Of a stretch of 64,000 bases of DNA, positions 36,542-45,959 are shown piece by piece. Both the position numbers and the translations under genes were made by a program. How positions within the stretch are numbered: the stretch's first letter is position 1; each line of letters begins with the position of its first letter. The notes under the pieces were generated by a model. That model made no database searches, was not told the origin of the DNA, and saw only the letters and a program-made list of their open reading frames with translations. The DNA is from Candidatus Dormiibacterota bacterium. GTDB taxonomy: Bacteria; Chloroflexota; Dormibacteria; Aeolococcales; Aeolococcaceae. The stretch spans positions 250,900-314,899 of the forward strand of contig CAVPTG010000004.1 in NCBI GenBank assembly GCA_963708605.1, read 5' to 3'.

Positions 36542-37249
36542 ATAAGTCGACGTTTGTTCCTGCACGCCGGTGGTGATGCCACGTCCGCCCGGACGGCGGT
36601 GATCGAGCATCTTCGCGGTGCCCGTCGCGCGGTGATGATCCCGTACGCCCAGGCGGATCACGACCGCGCCACCCTCCGATTCCAGGAGTGGCTTGCGCCC
36701 CACGGCGTCGAGATCACCGGTGTGCACACGGCGGGCGATCCGCGGGCCGCGATCGGCGAAGCCGAGGCCATCTTTGTCACCGGGGGCAACAGCTTCCGCC
36801 TGGTGAGCGCGCTCCACCGCCTCTCATTGATCGATGCGGTGCGATCTGCGATCGACCTCGGCGTGCCGTACTTCGGGGCCAGCGCCGGGGCGAACGTCGC
36901 CTGCCCGACGATCCGGACCACCAACGACATGCCGATCGTGCAACCACCCAGCTTCGCTGCGTTCAACCTGGTGCCGTTCCAGGTCAACCCGCACTACATC
37001 GATCCGCCGCCACCGGAGGCGCGCATCGGCGAGACCCGCGAAGAGCGGCTCATGGAGTTCCTGGAGGAGAACGCCGTGACCGTCGTCGCGCTCCGCGAGC
37101 AGAGCTGGCTGGAGGTCGACGGCGCCTCGATGCACCTGTGGGGGACGGGTGGGGCAGTCCTGTTCCGGCGCGGCGCCGACCCTGCGCAGGTCAGCGGCGG
37201 CGCCGATCTCTCCACGCTTCTGCTCGAAACTCCCCGCTTCGACGCCTGA
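36542..37249 (+). CDS. pepE: Dipeptidase PepE (peptidase S51); start codon reads ATA, probably a miscalled ATG
   Basis: IPYA, FVTGGNSF, GASAG nucleophile, TTNDMPIV, QVNPHY, ETREERL. ATAAGTC at 36542 would be ATG-AGT-C (a GAGTC site) downstream of GAGGAG. Confidence 0.85.
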   Translation: MSRRLFLHAGGDATSARTAVIEHLRGARRAVMIPYAQADHDRATLRFQEWLAPHGVEITGVHTAGDPRAAIGEAEAIFVTGGNSFRLVSALHRLSLIDAVRSAIDLGVPYFGASAGANVACPTIRTTNDMPIVQPPSFAAFNLVPFQVNPHYIDPPPPEARIGETREERLMEFLEENAVTVVALREQSWLEVDGASMHLWGTGGAVLFRRGADPAQVSGGADLSTLLLETPRFDA

Positions 37250-37289
37250 CGCCCTTCCAGCGCACAGGTGAAGCGTACATTTGTTTGCG

Positions 37290-37318
37290 TTGACGCCTCA
37301 CCACACAGGTGTTAGGGT
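37290..37318 (+). promoter_or_regulatory. Sigma70-type promoter of the dcw cluster
   Basis: -35 TTGACG (37290-37295), 17-nt spacer, extended -10 TG-T-TAGGGT (37310-37318). Confidence 0.75.
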
Positions 37319-37329
37319 TCGGCGCGCCG

Positions 37330-37354
37330 GTGGAGAAAAGTGGTGAGTAGTGGG
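37330..37354 (+). promoter_or_regulatory. MraZ-binding direct repeats
   Basis: GTGGA-N5-GTGGT-N5-GTGGG, three GTGG boxes with 10-nt period just downstream of the promoter. This matches the known MraZ operator architecture. Confidence 0.8.
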
Positions 37355-37399
37355 GATACCGACGTGACGACGGAGAGGCTCGAGCAGGTCCGGGTCGAG

Positions 37400-37870
37400 A
37401 TGCGTGCTCCGGTGACGTTCTTCGGAACGTACCGCCACCATATCGACGAGAAGGGTCGCGTGGCGATCCCGGCTCAGCTCCGCCGCTTCCTGCCCGAGGG
37501 CAGCGTCGTCGCCCCCGGCCCCGAGACCCGCCTGATGATCTGGCCCCCGGAAGAATGGGCGGCGAAGCGAGACCTCTTCCTGCGTACAGCCGAAACGCCG
37601 GCCCAGGAGCGGCGCTTCATGCGCCTGCTCACCGGGAACAGCTCGCTGTTCGAAGTCGACGCTCAGGGACGGCTCCTGCTGTCGGCGCAGCAGCGCACGT
37701 TCGCCCAGATCGTCGACCAGGTCGTCTTCATCGGCATCGGCACCGGTGTCGAGATCGTCGCCGACGAGCTCTGGCAGTCCGACCAGGCGGAGCTCAGCCC
37801 CGCCGAGTTCACCCAGGTCTGGGACCTGGTCCACCAGCGCGGCACGTCCGCTTCCCCGTCCCCGGCGTGA
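37400..37870 (+). CDS. mraZ: Division/cell-wall cluster repressor MraZ
   Basis: FFGTYRHHIDEKGRVAIP and EVDAQGRLLL duplicated AbrB-like motifs; start uncertain. Confidence 0.92.
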   Translation: MRAPVTFFGTYRHHIDEKGRVAIPAQLRRFLPEGSVVAPGPETRLMIWPPEEWAAKRDLFLRTAETPAQERRFMRLLTGNSSLFEVDAQGRLLLSAQQRTFAQIVDQVVFIGIGTGVEIVADELWQSDQAELSPAEFTQVWDLVHQRGTSASPSPA

Positions 37871-37897
37871 GCGCCCCGGACGGATCCGCCTCGATCA

Positions 37898-38914
37898 ATG
37901 ACCATCCCCCTGTCGTTCGTGGCCGGCATGGGGACCCTCGACGGTGCCACGCCCGGCGCCCCGTCGCCTGACGGCGCGGGCCACCGGCCGGTCCTTCTCA
38001 CACCCCTCATAGAGAGCCTGCAGCCCCGGCCCGGGCAGATCGCCGTCGACGCCACATTCGGCGCCGGCGGGGTCACGGCCGCGCTCCTCGAGCGCGTCTC
38101 CCCGGGCGGCCGGGTGATCGCGATCGATCGCGATCAAAGCGCTGTCGACGCGGGTCGCATCCGATTCGGCGCAGACAGCGCGGTGAAGATAGCCCAGGGT
38201 GACTTCGCCGACCTCGAGGCCATCGTTCACGCCGCCGGCGTGACCGCGGCGGACGTCGTCGTCTTCGACCTCGGCATCTCATCGGTCCAGCTGGACGACC
38301 CGGCACGCGGCTTCAGCTTCCGCTTCGACGGACCGCTCGACATGCGCATGGACCCGACAACGGGAACGACCGCCGCGCATCTCGTCGATTCGCTGACAGC
38401 GGACGAGCTGACGTCGTTGATCCGTGACTACGGCGACGAGCGCTTCGCGCGGTCGATCGCGAGCCGGATCGTCAGAGCACGAGAGCGGGCGCCGATCACC
38501 ACCACCACGCAGCTTCGAGAGCTCGTGGAGCAGGTGGTGCCCCGGCGGTTCTGGCCAAAGCGGATCCACCCGGCGACACGCACCTTCCAGGCGCTTCGCA
38601 TCGCGGTGAATCACGAGCTGGAAAGCCTCGAACGAGGTCTGCAGGCAGCAATCAGCATCCTCCGGCCCGGTGGGCGTCTTGGGGTCATCTCCTTTCACTC
38701 TCTCGAGGACACCCTTGTCAAGAACGCACTCCACGTCGCAGCTCAGAATTGTGTCTGTCCGCCCCAACAGCCCCACTGCACCTGCGTCCACCGGGCCACA
38801 CTCTTTCTCCTCACCCGCAAGGTGATCCGGCCGGACTCGGCCGAGCTGGCCACGAATCCGAGATCTCGCTCGGCGCGGCTGCGGGTTGCGGAGAAGCTCG
38901 CCACCGAGGGGTGA
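37898..38914 (+). CDS. rsmH: 16S rRNA m4C1402 methyltransferase RsmH
   Basis: HRPVLL, DATFGAGG, DLGISSVQLD..RGFSF..DGPLDMRM, HPATRTFQALRIAVN, ISFHSLED, NPRSRSARLR. Confidence 0.95.
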   Translation: MTIPLSFVAGMGTLDGATPGAPSPDGAGHRPVLLTPLIESLQPRPGQIAVDATFGAGGVTAALLERVSPGGRVIAIDRDQSAVDAGRIRFGADSAVKIAQGDFADLEAIVHAAGVTAADVVVFDLGISSVQLDDPARGFSFRFDGPLDMRMDPTTGTTAAHLVDSLTADELTSLIRDYGDERFARSIASRIVRARERAPITTTTQLRELVEQVVPRRFWPKRIHPATRTFQALRIAVNHELESLERGLQAAISILRPGGRLGVISFHSLEDTLVKNALHVAAQNCVCPPQQPHCTCVHRATLFLLTRKVIRPDSAELATNPRSRSARLRVAEKLATEG

Positions 38915-38952
38915 CGGGCGGCCGAACTCGCAACCCCTTCTTTCGCGACCCA

Positions 38953-38983
38953 GGGGGGCGCCGCGCATCGCGCGGCTCCCCCC
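38953..38983. other. Strong intergenic hairpin between rsmH and ftsL
   Basis: GGGGGG-C-GCCGCGC-ATC-GCGCGGC-T-CCCCCC; no U-tract. Confidence 0.5.
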
Positions 38984-39067
38984 GCCATCACTCACGCTTC
39001 GCCGGCCCGGCACCGTCGGTGCCCCTCCATCGTCCCTCTCAACGCTTCACCACTGGAGACCAGGGCA

Positions 39068-39563
39068 TTGCTTCATCTGCGTTTCGCACCTGGCGTCGAC
39101 CGCGGGTCGACACCGACGGCAGGCAGCGTCGACGACGTCCCATTCGAACCACTGGTTCGGCGTCTGCGCATCCGCCGCGGCGGACCCCGGACACCGCTGC
39201 CGCTGCTGCCGGTGATCGCGGTCGCCGCGGGCATCGGTATCGCATACGTCAACCAGACCGCGCACGTCACCACAGACACGTACCAGGCGACGCGTCTCGC
39301 CGCGCAGCAACAGCAGCTCGTCGCACAGGACTCGCAGCTCAACGCTGAGCTTTCGCGAACTCGAGGCGTCTGAGCGGATCATCGCCGCCGCGCAGCACAT
39401 GGGGATGCGCCCCGCGACGAGATGGGCGCAGGTCGTGGCTGCGCCGCACGGCGTGATCACGTCACCCCCGGAGCAGCTCACCGGGAGCGTCACCAGGAGC
39501 GCGTTGCAGCAGCTGGTCGGAGCGCTCGACGGCGCCTTCGCCGGGAGCGGCACGGGTCGATGA
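39068..39563 (+). CDS. ftsL: FtsL-like bitopic coiled-coil protein (one apparent +1 frameshift at about 39359)
   Basis: Position between rsmH and ftsI, a single TM (LLPVIAVAAGIGIAYV), a heptad region, and LEASERIIAAAQHMGMRP after removing one base of GAACTC (39357-39362). The stop overlaps the ftsI ATG. Confidence 0.7.
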
Positions 39564-41332
39564 ACCCGCGCCGCCGCTCACCGGAGTCGGCGCGCTCAGC
39601 GCACGCGCGTGCCATCGCCGACGCACCGGATCTGCGCCGGCGGGGACTCTGGCTCGTGCTCGCATTCCTGGCGATGAGCACCGCCGTCTTCGGCCGGCTC
39701 GTGCAGATCCAGATCATCCAGGGCAAATCGCTCGCCGCAGCCGCCGCCGAATCGCACACCTCGTCGGTCACACTGCACGCCACCCGGGGTGTGATCCTCG
39801 ATCGGAACGGACGCGTCCTGGTGAGCAACGTCCAGGTGTTCGACGTGTTCGTCGATCCGGCCCTGGTGGCAGCGGCCGACCGGAGCCAGGTCGCGGGCAT
39901 GCTGGCGCCCATCCTGCAGATCAGCTCGGCTCAGGTACTCCGCGCGCTCAACCAGCCGAATCAGTTCGATTACCTCGCCAAGGGCGTCTCGCAGGACGTG
40001 AACGACAAGCTCCAGGCGCTCCGGCTCAGCGGCATCGGCACCGTACCCTCCGAGGAGACCATCTACGAGCCCTCACCGGTGCCCGGCCTCTCCTTCGCGG
40101 CGAACCTCCTCGGATTCGTCAACGGGAGCGGCGCCGGTCAGTACGGTCTCGAGGGCTACTACAACTCGATCCTTGCAGGGATCAACGGCCGCGAGTCGAC
40201 GTTGACCGATGTCAACGGCAACGCCATCGTCCTCGGCCAGCAGCAGAAGGTTGCTGCCGAAAATGGCGATAACCTGGAGCTGGGCCTCGACTCGCAGATC
40301 CAGTACTGGGCGGAGCTGGCACTCGCCAACGGCGTGAACAGCTCGAAGTCGTCGTCGGGGACGCTGATGATCATGGACACCAAGACGGGCGCGATCGACG
40401 CCTGGGCGCAGTACCCGTCGTACAACGCCAACAGCTACGCAACGGCGCCCTACGCCGGCTTCCGGGACCTCGCGGTGACGCAGCCCTACGAACCAGGATC
40501 GGTCATGAAGGTGATCACCTTTGCCGGCGGCCTCAACCACAACGCCTTCACGCCGGCGACGGTCATCGATGAGAAGCAGCAGCGCATCGACGGGTTTCTC
40601 ATCCACGACTGGGACCGGCGTTCCCACGGCAACGTCACCATGCAATGGGTGCTCGACGACTCGCTCAACAACGGCGCCATCGACGCCATGAAGATGGAGG
40701 GCGAGAACGCTTACTACAACAACCTGCTCGCCTTCGGGATCGGCGCACCGACCGGTATCGACCTGGCGTGGGAGGCCAACGTCCCGCTGCTCCCGCAAGC
40801 GTCGTGGAACCCCCTCAGGTACGCGGAAGCCACCTTCGGGCAGGGCCTCGTGACCACGCCGGTGGAGATGCTCGCCGCGGTGAACGCGGTCGCCAACGGC
40901 GGCATCTGGGTGCAGCCGCATGTCGTCAACGCGATCATCAACCCCAACACCGGCACCACCACGCCGTTCGTCCCGGTGACGCGGCGCGTCATCTCGACCA
41001 CCGCTGCGAATACCCTCGCGCACATGATGGTGGGTGTGGTGAACGATCCGGGCTCCGAGGGAAAGCGGGCCAAGATCCCCGGCTACAGCATGGAGATCGC
41101 CGGCAAGACCGGAACCGCGCAGGTGGCGCTCCCCAACGGTGGCGGCTACGGCCCCAACGTGGTCGCGTCATTCGTCGGGTTCATGCCCGCCACCAACCCG
41201 CGGTTCACGATGATGGTGATCCTCAACAACCCGCAGGTGAGCGCGGGCAACCGTTTCGGCTCGATCCTCGCCGCGCCGATCTGGAAGCAGATGGCCGAGA
41301 TGATGATCGACGACTGGCGGATCGAGCCGTGA
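39560..41332 (+). CDS. ftsI: Class B penicillin-binding protein (FtsI/PBP2B)
   Basis: N-terminal TM, RGVILDRNG, GQYGLEGYYN, EPGSVMK (SxxK), SLN (SxN), GKTGTAQ. Confidence 0.9.
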   Translation: MNPRRRSPESARSAHARAIADAPDLRRRGLWLVLAFLAMSTAVFGRLVQIQIIQGKSLAAAAAESHTSSVTLHATRGVILDRNGRVLVSNVQVFDVFVDPALVAAADRSQVAGMLAPILQISSAQVLRALNQPNQFDYLAKGVSQDVNDKLQALRLSGIGTVPSEETIYEPSPVPGLSFAANLLGFVNGSGAGQYGLEGYYNSILAGINGRESTLTDVNGNAIVLGQQQKVAAENGDNLELGLDSQIQYWAELALANGVNSSKSSSGTLMIMDTKTGAIDAWAQYPSYNANSYATAPYAGFRDLAVTQPYEPGSVMKVITFAGGLNHNAFTPATVIDEKQQRIDGFLIHDWDRRSHGNVTMQWVLDDSLNNGAIDAMKMEGENAYYNNLLAFGIGAPTGIDLAWEANVPLLPQASWNPLRYAEATFGQGLVTTPVEMLAAVNAVANGGIWVQPHVVNAIINPNTGTTTPFVPVTRRVISTTAANTLAHMMVGVVNDPGSEGKRAKIPGYSMEIAGKTGTAQVALPNGGGYGPNVVASFVGFMPATNPRFTMMVILNNPQVSAGNRFGSILAAPIWKQMAEMMIDDWRIEP

Positions 41333-42288
41333 AGGAGACCATCATCGTGGGGGTGCTCGCGTTCGTCGCCGGCGTTGTGCTCTACCCGGTGTTCATCGGC
41401 CTCCTGGTGCGATTCGGCGCACGCCAGCATGTCGCCTCGTACAGCCCGGCGAGCCATCGCGCCAAGGAGGGCACCCCGACGCTCGGGGGCGTGCTGTTCT
41501 GCCTGGTGGTCCTCATCGCCTGGCTCGCGGTCGATCGCTCGCGCCAGGGATTCGTCGTGATCTTCGCCTTGCTCGCCGGTGCGATCGCCGGTGGTCTCGA
41601 CGACATCGTCAACATCAATGACGCCTCCAGGCTCGGGCTCTCCGTCTATCAGAAGCTCGGGCTCCAGGGCATCGCCGGTGTGCTCGTCGGGGTCGGGCTG
41701 ACCATCGCCGGGTTCACGAACCAGTTCTTTCCCGGGCTCGGCGCGCCCAACCTCGGCTGGGGTCTTGCGGTCGTCGCGGCCATTGCGGTCGTCGCCACCA
41801 GCAACGCGGTCAACCTGACCGATGGCGTCGACGGGCTCGCAGCGTCGTGCACGTCGCTCGTGCTCATCGGCCTCGCCATCATCGGGGTGACGCGCGGCGA
41901 CCTGTCGGTCGCGGTCATCGCCGCGGCGCTCGCAGGTGCCCTCGCGGCCTTCCTGATCTTCAACTGGTTCCCGGCGCGCGTCTTCATGGGCGACGCCGGC
42001 TCGCTGGCGCTCGGCTGCGTCATCGTCGCCCTCACCGCCGAGTTGCACCTCATCTGGCTGCTGCCGGTCCTCGGCATCGTATTCGTGGTCGAGGCGGCCA
42101 GCGTGGTGGTCAACGTCACCGCGATCCGCAGGTTCGGCACTCGCGTGCTGCGCGCGAGCCCGATCCACCATCACTTCGAGGAGCTCGGGCTCCGCGAGCG
42201 CCGGCTCGTCGCGGCGTTCGCGGCCGCAGCCGCGGCCGGCACCGCGATCACCGTGCTCTTCGCCCACGTTGCCGGCCCGGTCTCGTGA
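41329..42288 (+). CDS. mraY: Phospho-N-acetylmuramoyl-pentapeptide transferase
   Basis: KEGTPTLGG, GGLDD, SNAVNLTDGVDGL, NWFPARVFMGDAGS, ASPIHHHFE. Confidence 0.95.
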   Translation: MKETIIVGVLAFVAGVVLYPVFIGLLVRFGARQHVASYSPASHRAKEGTPTLGGVLFCLVVLIAWLAVDRSRQGFVVIFALLAGAIAGGLDDIVNINDASRLGLSVYQKLGLQGIAGVLVGVGLTIAGFTNQFFPGLGAPNLGWGLAVVAAIAVVATSNAVNLTDGVDGLAASCTSLVLIGLAIIGVTRGDLSVAVIAAALAGALAAFLIFNWFPARVFMGDAGSLALGCVIVALTAELHLIWLLPVLGIVFVVEAASVVVNVTAIRRFGTRVLRASPIHHHFEELGLRERRLVAAFAAAAAAGTAITVLFAHVAGPVS

Positions 42289-43649
42289 ACGACAGGGCGG
42301 TGGTGGTGATCGGCGCCGGGCGCAGCGGCCTCGCCTGCGCGCGGACGCTCGCCCGAGAGGGTCATCGAGTCGTGCTCGTCGATCGCTCGGACACACTGGC
42401 GATCCGCGAGCGGACTGCGCTCCTGCCGGAGACCATCGAGGTGCGTCTCGGTGGCTATCCCGACGACGTGGCAGCGGACGCGCTCATGGTCTGCCCGAGC
42501 CCTGGAGTGCCGTGGAACGCGCCCGAGCTGCAGATCGCGCGTGACCATGGGGTGCCGGTGCGAAGCGAGATGGATCTGGTCTTCGAGCGGTGCCGGGCTC
42601 GCATCTGCGGGATCACCGGGACGAACGGGAAGACCACCACGACCGCGCTCGTCGCCGCGATCCTCGAACGAGCCGGGGAGCGGGTGCATCTCGGCGGGAA
42701 CATCGGGGTCACCATGCTCGACCGCCTCGACCTGGTGAGCGATACCGATTGGGTCGTGCTCGAGCTGTCGTCGTTCCAGATCGAGTCGGTGCGCGAGCCG
42801 CGCTGCGCCATCGCATGCGTCCTCAACGTCACCCCGGATCATCTCGATCGCCACGGCGACTTCGCGACGTACACCGAGACCAAACGACGCCTGGTGCGGT
42901 TCGCGCTTGACGACGCCGTGCTCGGCTCCGATGACCCGGTCACGCGCGAGATGGCGTCGGTGGCCACGTCGCGGGTGCGCTACTTCGGTCTGAACCCGGG
43001 CATCGCCGACGGCGCCACGCTCTCCGGCGATCAGGTGGTCAGCGTCGACGCCGGCACGGTGACCGCGGTGCTGCCGGTGCGTGACATCCCGCTCTTCGGG
43101 GTGCACAACCTGCAGAACGTGCTCGCGGCCGTCGCCGTCGCCCGCGCGGCCGGGGTCGCCCCATCCCCGATCGCCGGCGCCGTGCGCGACTTCCACGCGG
43201 TGCCGCACCGTCTCGAGACGGTGCGCGACCGCGACGGCGTGCTCTGGGTGAATGACAGCAAGGCGACCAACGTCGAGTCGGCCATCGCTGCGTTGCGCGC
43301 CTTCCCGGACCGGACGATCGTGTGGATCGGTGGCGGCAAGGGCGCGGGCACCTCCATCGAGGCGCTCGCCGACGAGGTGACGGCCCGGGCGCGCCATGCC
43401 GTCCTCAACGGAGCCAGCGCGGGGGAGCTCGACGACGCGCTCGCCCGCCGCGGCTTTGCCACTCGCACGGTGGTCACGTCGCTCGACGACGCGGTGGGCG
43501 CCGCTGCGGAACTCGCCCGGCCAGGCGACGTCGTCCTGCTCGCCCCCGGGTACAAGAGCTTCGACCAGTTCAGCGATTTCGAGGACCGCGGCCGCGCCTT
43601 CGGCGAGGCCGTCCATCACCTCGCGGTACGCTCGGCGGGAAAGGGCTGA
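42285..43649 (+). CDS. murD: UDP-MurNAc-L-Ala:D-Glu ligase
   Basis: GAGRSG, SPGVP, ITGTNGKTTT, GGNIG, ELSSFQ, PDHLDRH, NDSKATN, LLAPG..SFDQFSDFEDRG. Confidence 0.93.
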   Translation: MNDRAVVVIGAGRSGLACARTLAREGHRVVLVDRSDTLAIRERTALLPETIEVRLGGYPDDVAADALMVCPSPGVPWNAPELQIARDHGVPVRSEMDLVFERCRARICGITGTNGKTTTTALVAAILERAGERVHLGGNIGVTMLDRLDLVSDTDWVVLELSSFQIESVREPRCAIACVLNVTPDHLDRHGDFATYTETKRRLVRFALDDAVLGSDDPVTREMASVATSRVRYFGLNPGIADGATLSGDQVVSVDAGTVTAVLPVRDIPLFGVHNLQNVLAAVAVARAAGVAPSPIAGAVRDFHAVPHRLETVRDRDGVLWVNDSKATNVESAIAALRAFPDRTIVWIGGGKGAGTSIEALADEVTARARHAVLNGASAGELDDALARRGFATRTVVTSLDDAVGAAAELARPGDVVLLAPGYKSFDQFSDFEDRGRAFGEAVHHLAVRSAGKG

Positions 43650-44944
43650 TGGCTGCTCGCGCGGGCAAGCTCACCGAAGGCCTCGCCGGGAAGTGGCGCT
43701 GGCGTGGCGGCGCTCGCGTGGCCGGTGCCTTCGCGTCAGCGGATCGCGCGGCCGCGGCTGCAGGGGTCGACGGCTGGCTGATGATCATCGTCGTCGGCCT
43801 GGTCGGCTTCGGCCTGGTGATGGTTTACAGCGCCTCCGAGGCGCTCGGCTTCCTCTGGTACAACGACCCCAACTACTTCTTCGCCCACCAGCTGATCGGC
43901 GCGGTCCTGGGGGGCGCCGGTCTCGTGATCGCCGCTCGATTCGATTACCACAACCTCTCCAGGCTGGCCCGGCCCGCGATGTTCGTGATGCTCGTGCTGC
44001 TCGTGGTGGTGCTGATCCCCCACGTCGGATCGCGGCACTTCGGGGCGCAACGCTGGTTCCAGGTGGGTCCGCTCTCGGTGCAGCCGTCGGCGATCGCGGT
44101 CGGCGTGGCGATCGTGTTCTTCTCGCGCTGGCTGACCGATCGCGAAGGGACGGTCCGTACGCTTCGCGGCGTTCGCGACTACATCATCGTGCTGGGGGCG
44201 CTCCTCGGCCTGGTGCTCATGGAGCGCGACTTCGGCAGTTCGATCGTCATCGCCGCCACGGCGCTGATCCTGCTCGCCCTGGCCGGGGCGCGGAAGCGCC
44301 ACCTGCTGCTGATCATCGTCGGCTTCGGAGCCTCCGGTGTGGCGTTGGTCGGCCTGGTCGCGTACCGCGCCGACCGCCTCGCCCACTTCCTCAACCCATG
44401 CGCCGCCGCGCTCGGCTCCGGATTCCAGAACTGCCAGGCCCTCTACGCGTTCGGCTCCGGTGGCATCTTCGGCGTCGGCCTCGGCAACTCGGTGCAGAAG
44501 TACGAATGGCTGCCCGAGGCGCATACCGACTTCATCTTCGCGATCATCGGTGAGGAGATGGGCCTGATCGGAACTGTCGCGGTGCTCGGGGCGTTCCTCT
44601 TCCTGGCGTGGCGCGGCGTGCGCGCGTCGCTTCGGGCGCCCGACCGATTCGGCGCCCTGCTCGCGGGAGGCATCACCTCGTGGATCTGCATGCAGGCGTT
44701 CATCAACGTGATGGCGGTGACCGGGGTCATCCCCACCACGGGCATCCCGCTGCCCTTCATCAGCTACGGTGGGACCTCGCTGGCGACCACCCTCGTGGGC
44801 ATGGGCATCCTGCTCAACATCTCCGCCCAGGGTCGACGGCAAGGGACGACGAATCGTGCGCACGTTGATCGCTGGGGGGGGAACTGGGGGTCACTTGACG
44901 CCGGCACTGGCGGTCGCGCTCGCGCTTCGAAGCGATCGACCTGA
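43649..44944 (+). CDS. ftsW: SEDS peptidoglycan glycosyltransferase FtsW
   Basis: GLVMVYSAS, GAQRWF, QPS, ERDFG, LPEAHTDFIF..IGEE, TGIPLPFISYGG. The C-terminal tail overlaps murG by 89 nt. Confidence 0.92.
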   Translation: MAARAGKLTEGLAGKWRWRGGARVAGAFASADRAAAAAGVDGWLMIIVVGLVGFGLVMVYSASEALGFLWYNDPNYFFAHQLIGAVLGGAGLVIAARFDYHNLSRLARPAMFVMLVLLVVVLIPHVGSRHFGAQRWFQVGPLSVQPSAIAVGVAIVFFSRWLTDREGTVRTLRGVRDYIIVLGALLGLVLMERDFGSSIVIAATALILLALAGARKRHLLLIIVGFGASGVALVGLVAYRADRLAHFLNPCAAALGSGFQNCQALYAFGSGGIFGVGLGNSVQKYEWLPEAHTDFIFAIIGEEMGLIGTVAVLGAFLFLAWRGVRASLRAPDRFGALLAGGITSWICMQAFINVMAVTGVIPTTGIPLPFISYGGTSLATTLVGMGILLNISAQGRRQGTTNRAHVDRWGGNWGSLDAGTGGRARASKRST

Positions 44945-45959
44945 CGACGAGGTGGTCGTCGTCGGCCGCCGGGACGGCGTCGCCGAGCGGCTCGTGGAGG
45001 CGGCTGGGATCCACCTCGAGACACTCGACATCAGCGGCGTCGACATCGGCAGCGCCGGGGGTGTCGCGCGCGCCACGACCCAGGTGACCCGGGCGACCAT
45101 CGCCGCCCGGGGTCTGCTTCGGAGGATGCGGCCGGACGTCGTGGTGGGTGCCGGCGGCTACGTCTCGGTCCCGGTCGTGGTCGCGGCCCTCGCACAGCGC
45201 ATCCCGGTGGTGCTGCTCGAGCAGAACGCCGTCCCGGGGCGGGCCACCCGGATGCTCGCTCGCCGGGCGCGGATCGTCGCCGCGTCGTTTGCCGAGACCG
45301 CGAGGCATCTTCCCCACGCCCGGGTGGTGCACACCGGCAACCCCATCCGTGCCGAGATCCGTGCCGTGACCAGCCGTCCGGCAGGCGACCGTCTCCGCTC
45401 CGTCCTGGTCACCGGCGGATCCCAGGGAGCGAGGCGGCTGAATCGGGCCATCGCCGGTTGCATGGTCGAGCTGCTCAGCAAGGATCCCGAGCTGCGCATC
45501 GTTCACCAGTCCGGCCTGCTGGACTACGAGGCGGTCGAACGCACCGCGGCGGCGCTGCCGCCGCCCCTTGCGTCGCGATATACGGTCTCAGCCTTCTTCG
45601 ACGACATGGCGATGCGGATCGGTCAGAGCGACCTCGTCGTGATGCGGGCGGGCGGATCATCGCTCGCCGAGTGCTCGGCGCTCGGCCGTCCCATGATCGT
45701 CGTCCCGTATCCGCACGCCGGCGGCCATCAGCGTCACAACGCCGCGCCCTATGCCGCGGCCGGGGCGGCGCGGCTCATCGACGATGCCGACTGCACCCCG
45801 GAGCGCATCGGCAGGGAGATCTCGGCACTGGTCGCCGACCCCGCTCGCTGGCAGGCCATGTCGGCCGCGAGCGCGGCGCTCGGCCTCCCCGATGCCACCG
45901 ATGCGGTGGTCCGTCTCATCGTCGAGGCAGCGGGGCCGCCCCGGAGCAAAGCTGCATGA
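44856..45959 (+). CDS. murG: Lipid II GlcNAc transferase MurG
   Basis: GGGTGGH, GGYVS, EQN, TGNPIR, GGSQGA, RAGGS, HQRHNA. Confidence 0.95.
   Translation: MRTLIAGGGTGGHLTPALAVALALRSDRPDDEVVVVGRRDGVAERLVEAAGIHLETLDISGVDIGSAGGVARATTQVTRATIAARGLLRRMRPDVVVGAGGYVSVPVVVAALAQRIPVVLLEQNAVPGRATRMLARRARIVAASFAETARHLPHARVVHTGNPIRAEIRAVTSRPAGDRLRSVLVTGGSQGARRLNRAIAGCMVELLSKDPELRIVHQSGLLDYEAVERTAAALPPPLASRYTVSAFFDDMAMRIGQSDLVVMRAGGSSLAECSALGRPMIVVPYPHAGGHQRHNAAPYAAAGAARLIDDADCTPERIGREISALVADPARWQAMSAASAALGLPDATDAVVRLIVEAAGPPRSKAA

Noticed and set aside
44856-44944. 89-nt ftsW/murG overlap as a dual-coding novelty
   Set aside because: The FtsW tail is simply the alternative reading of the murG GGGTGGH region; such overlaps are common in compact dcw clusters.
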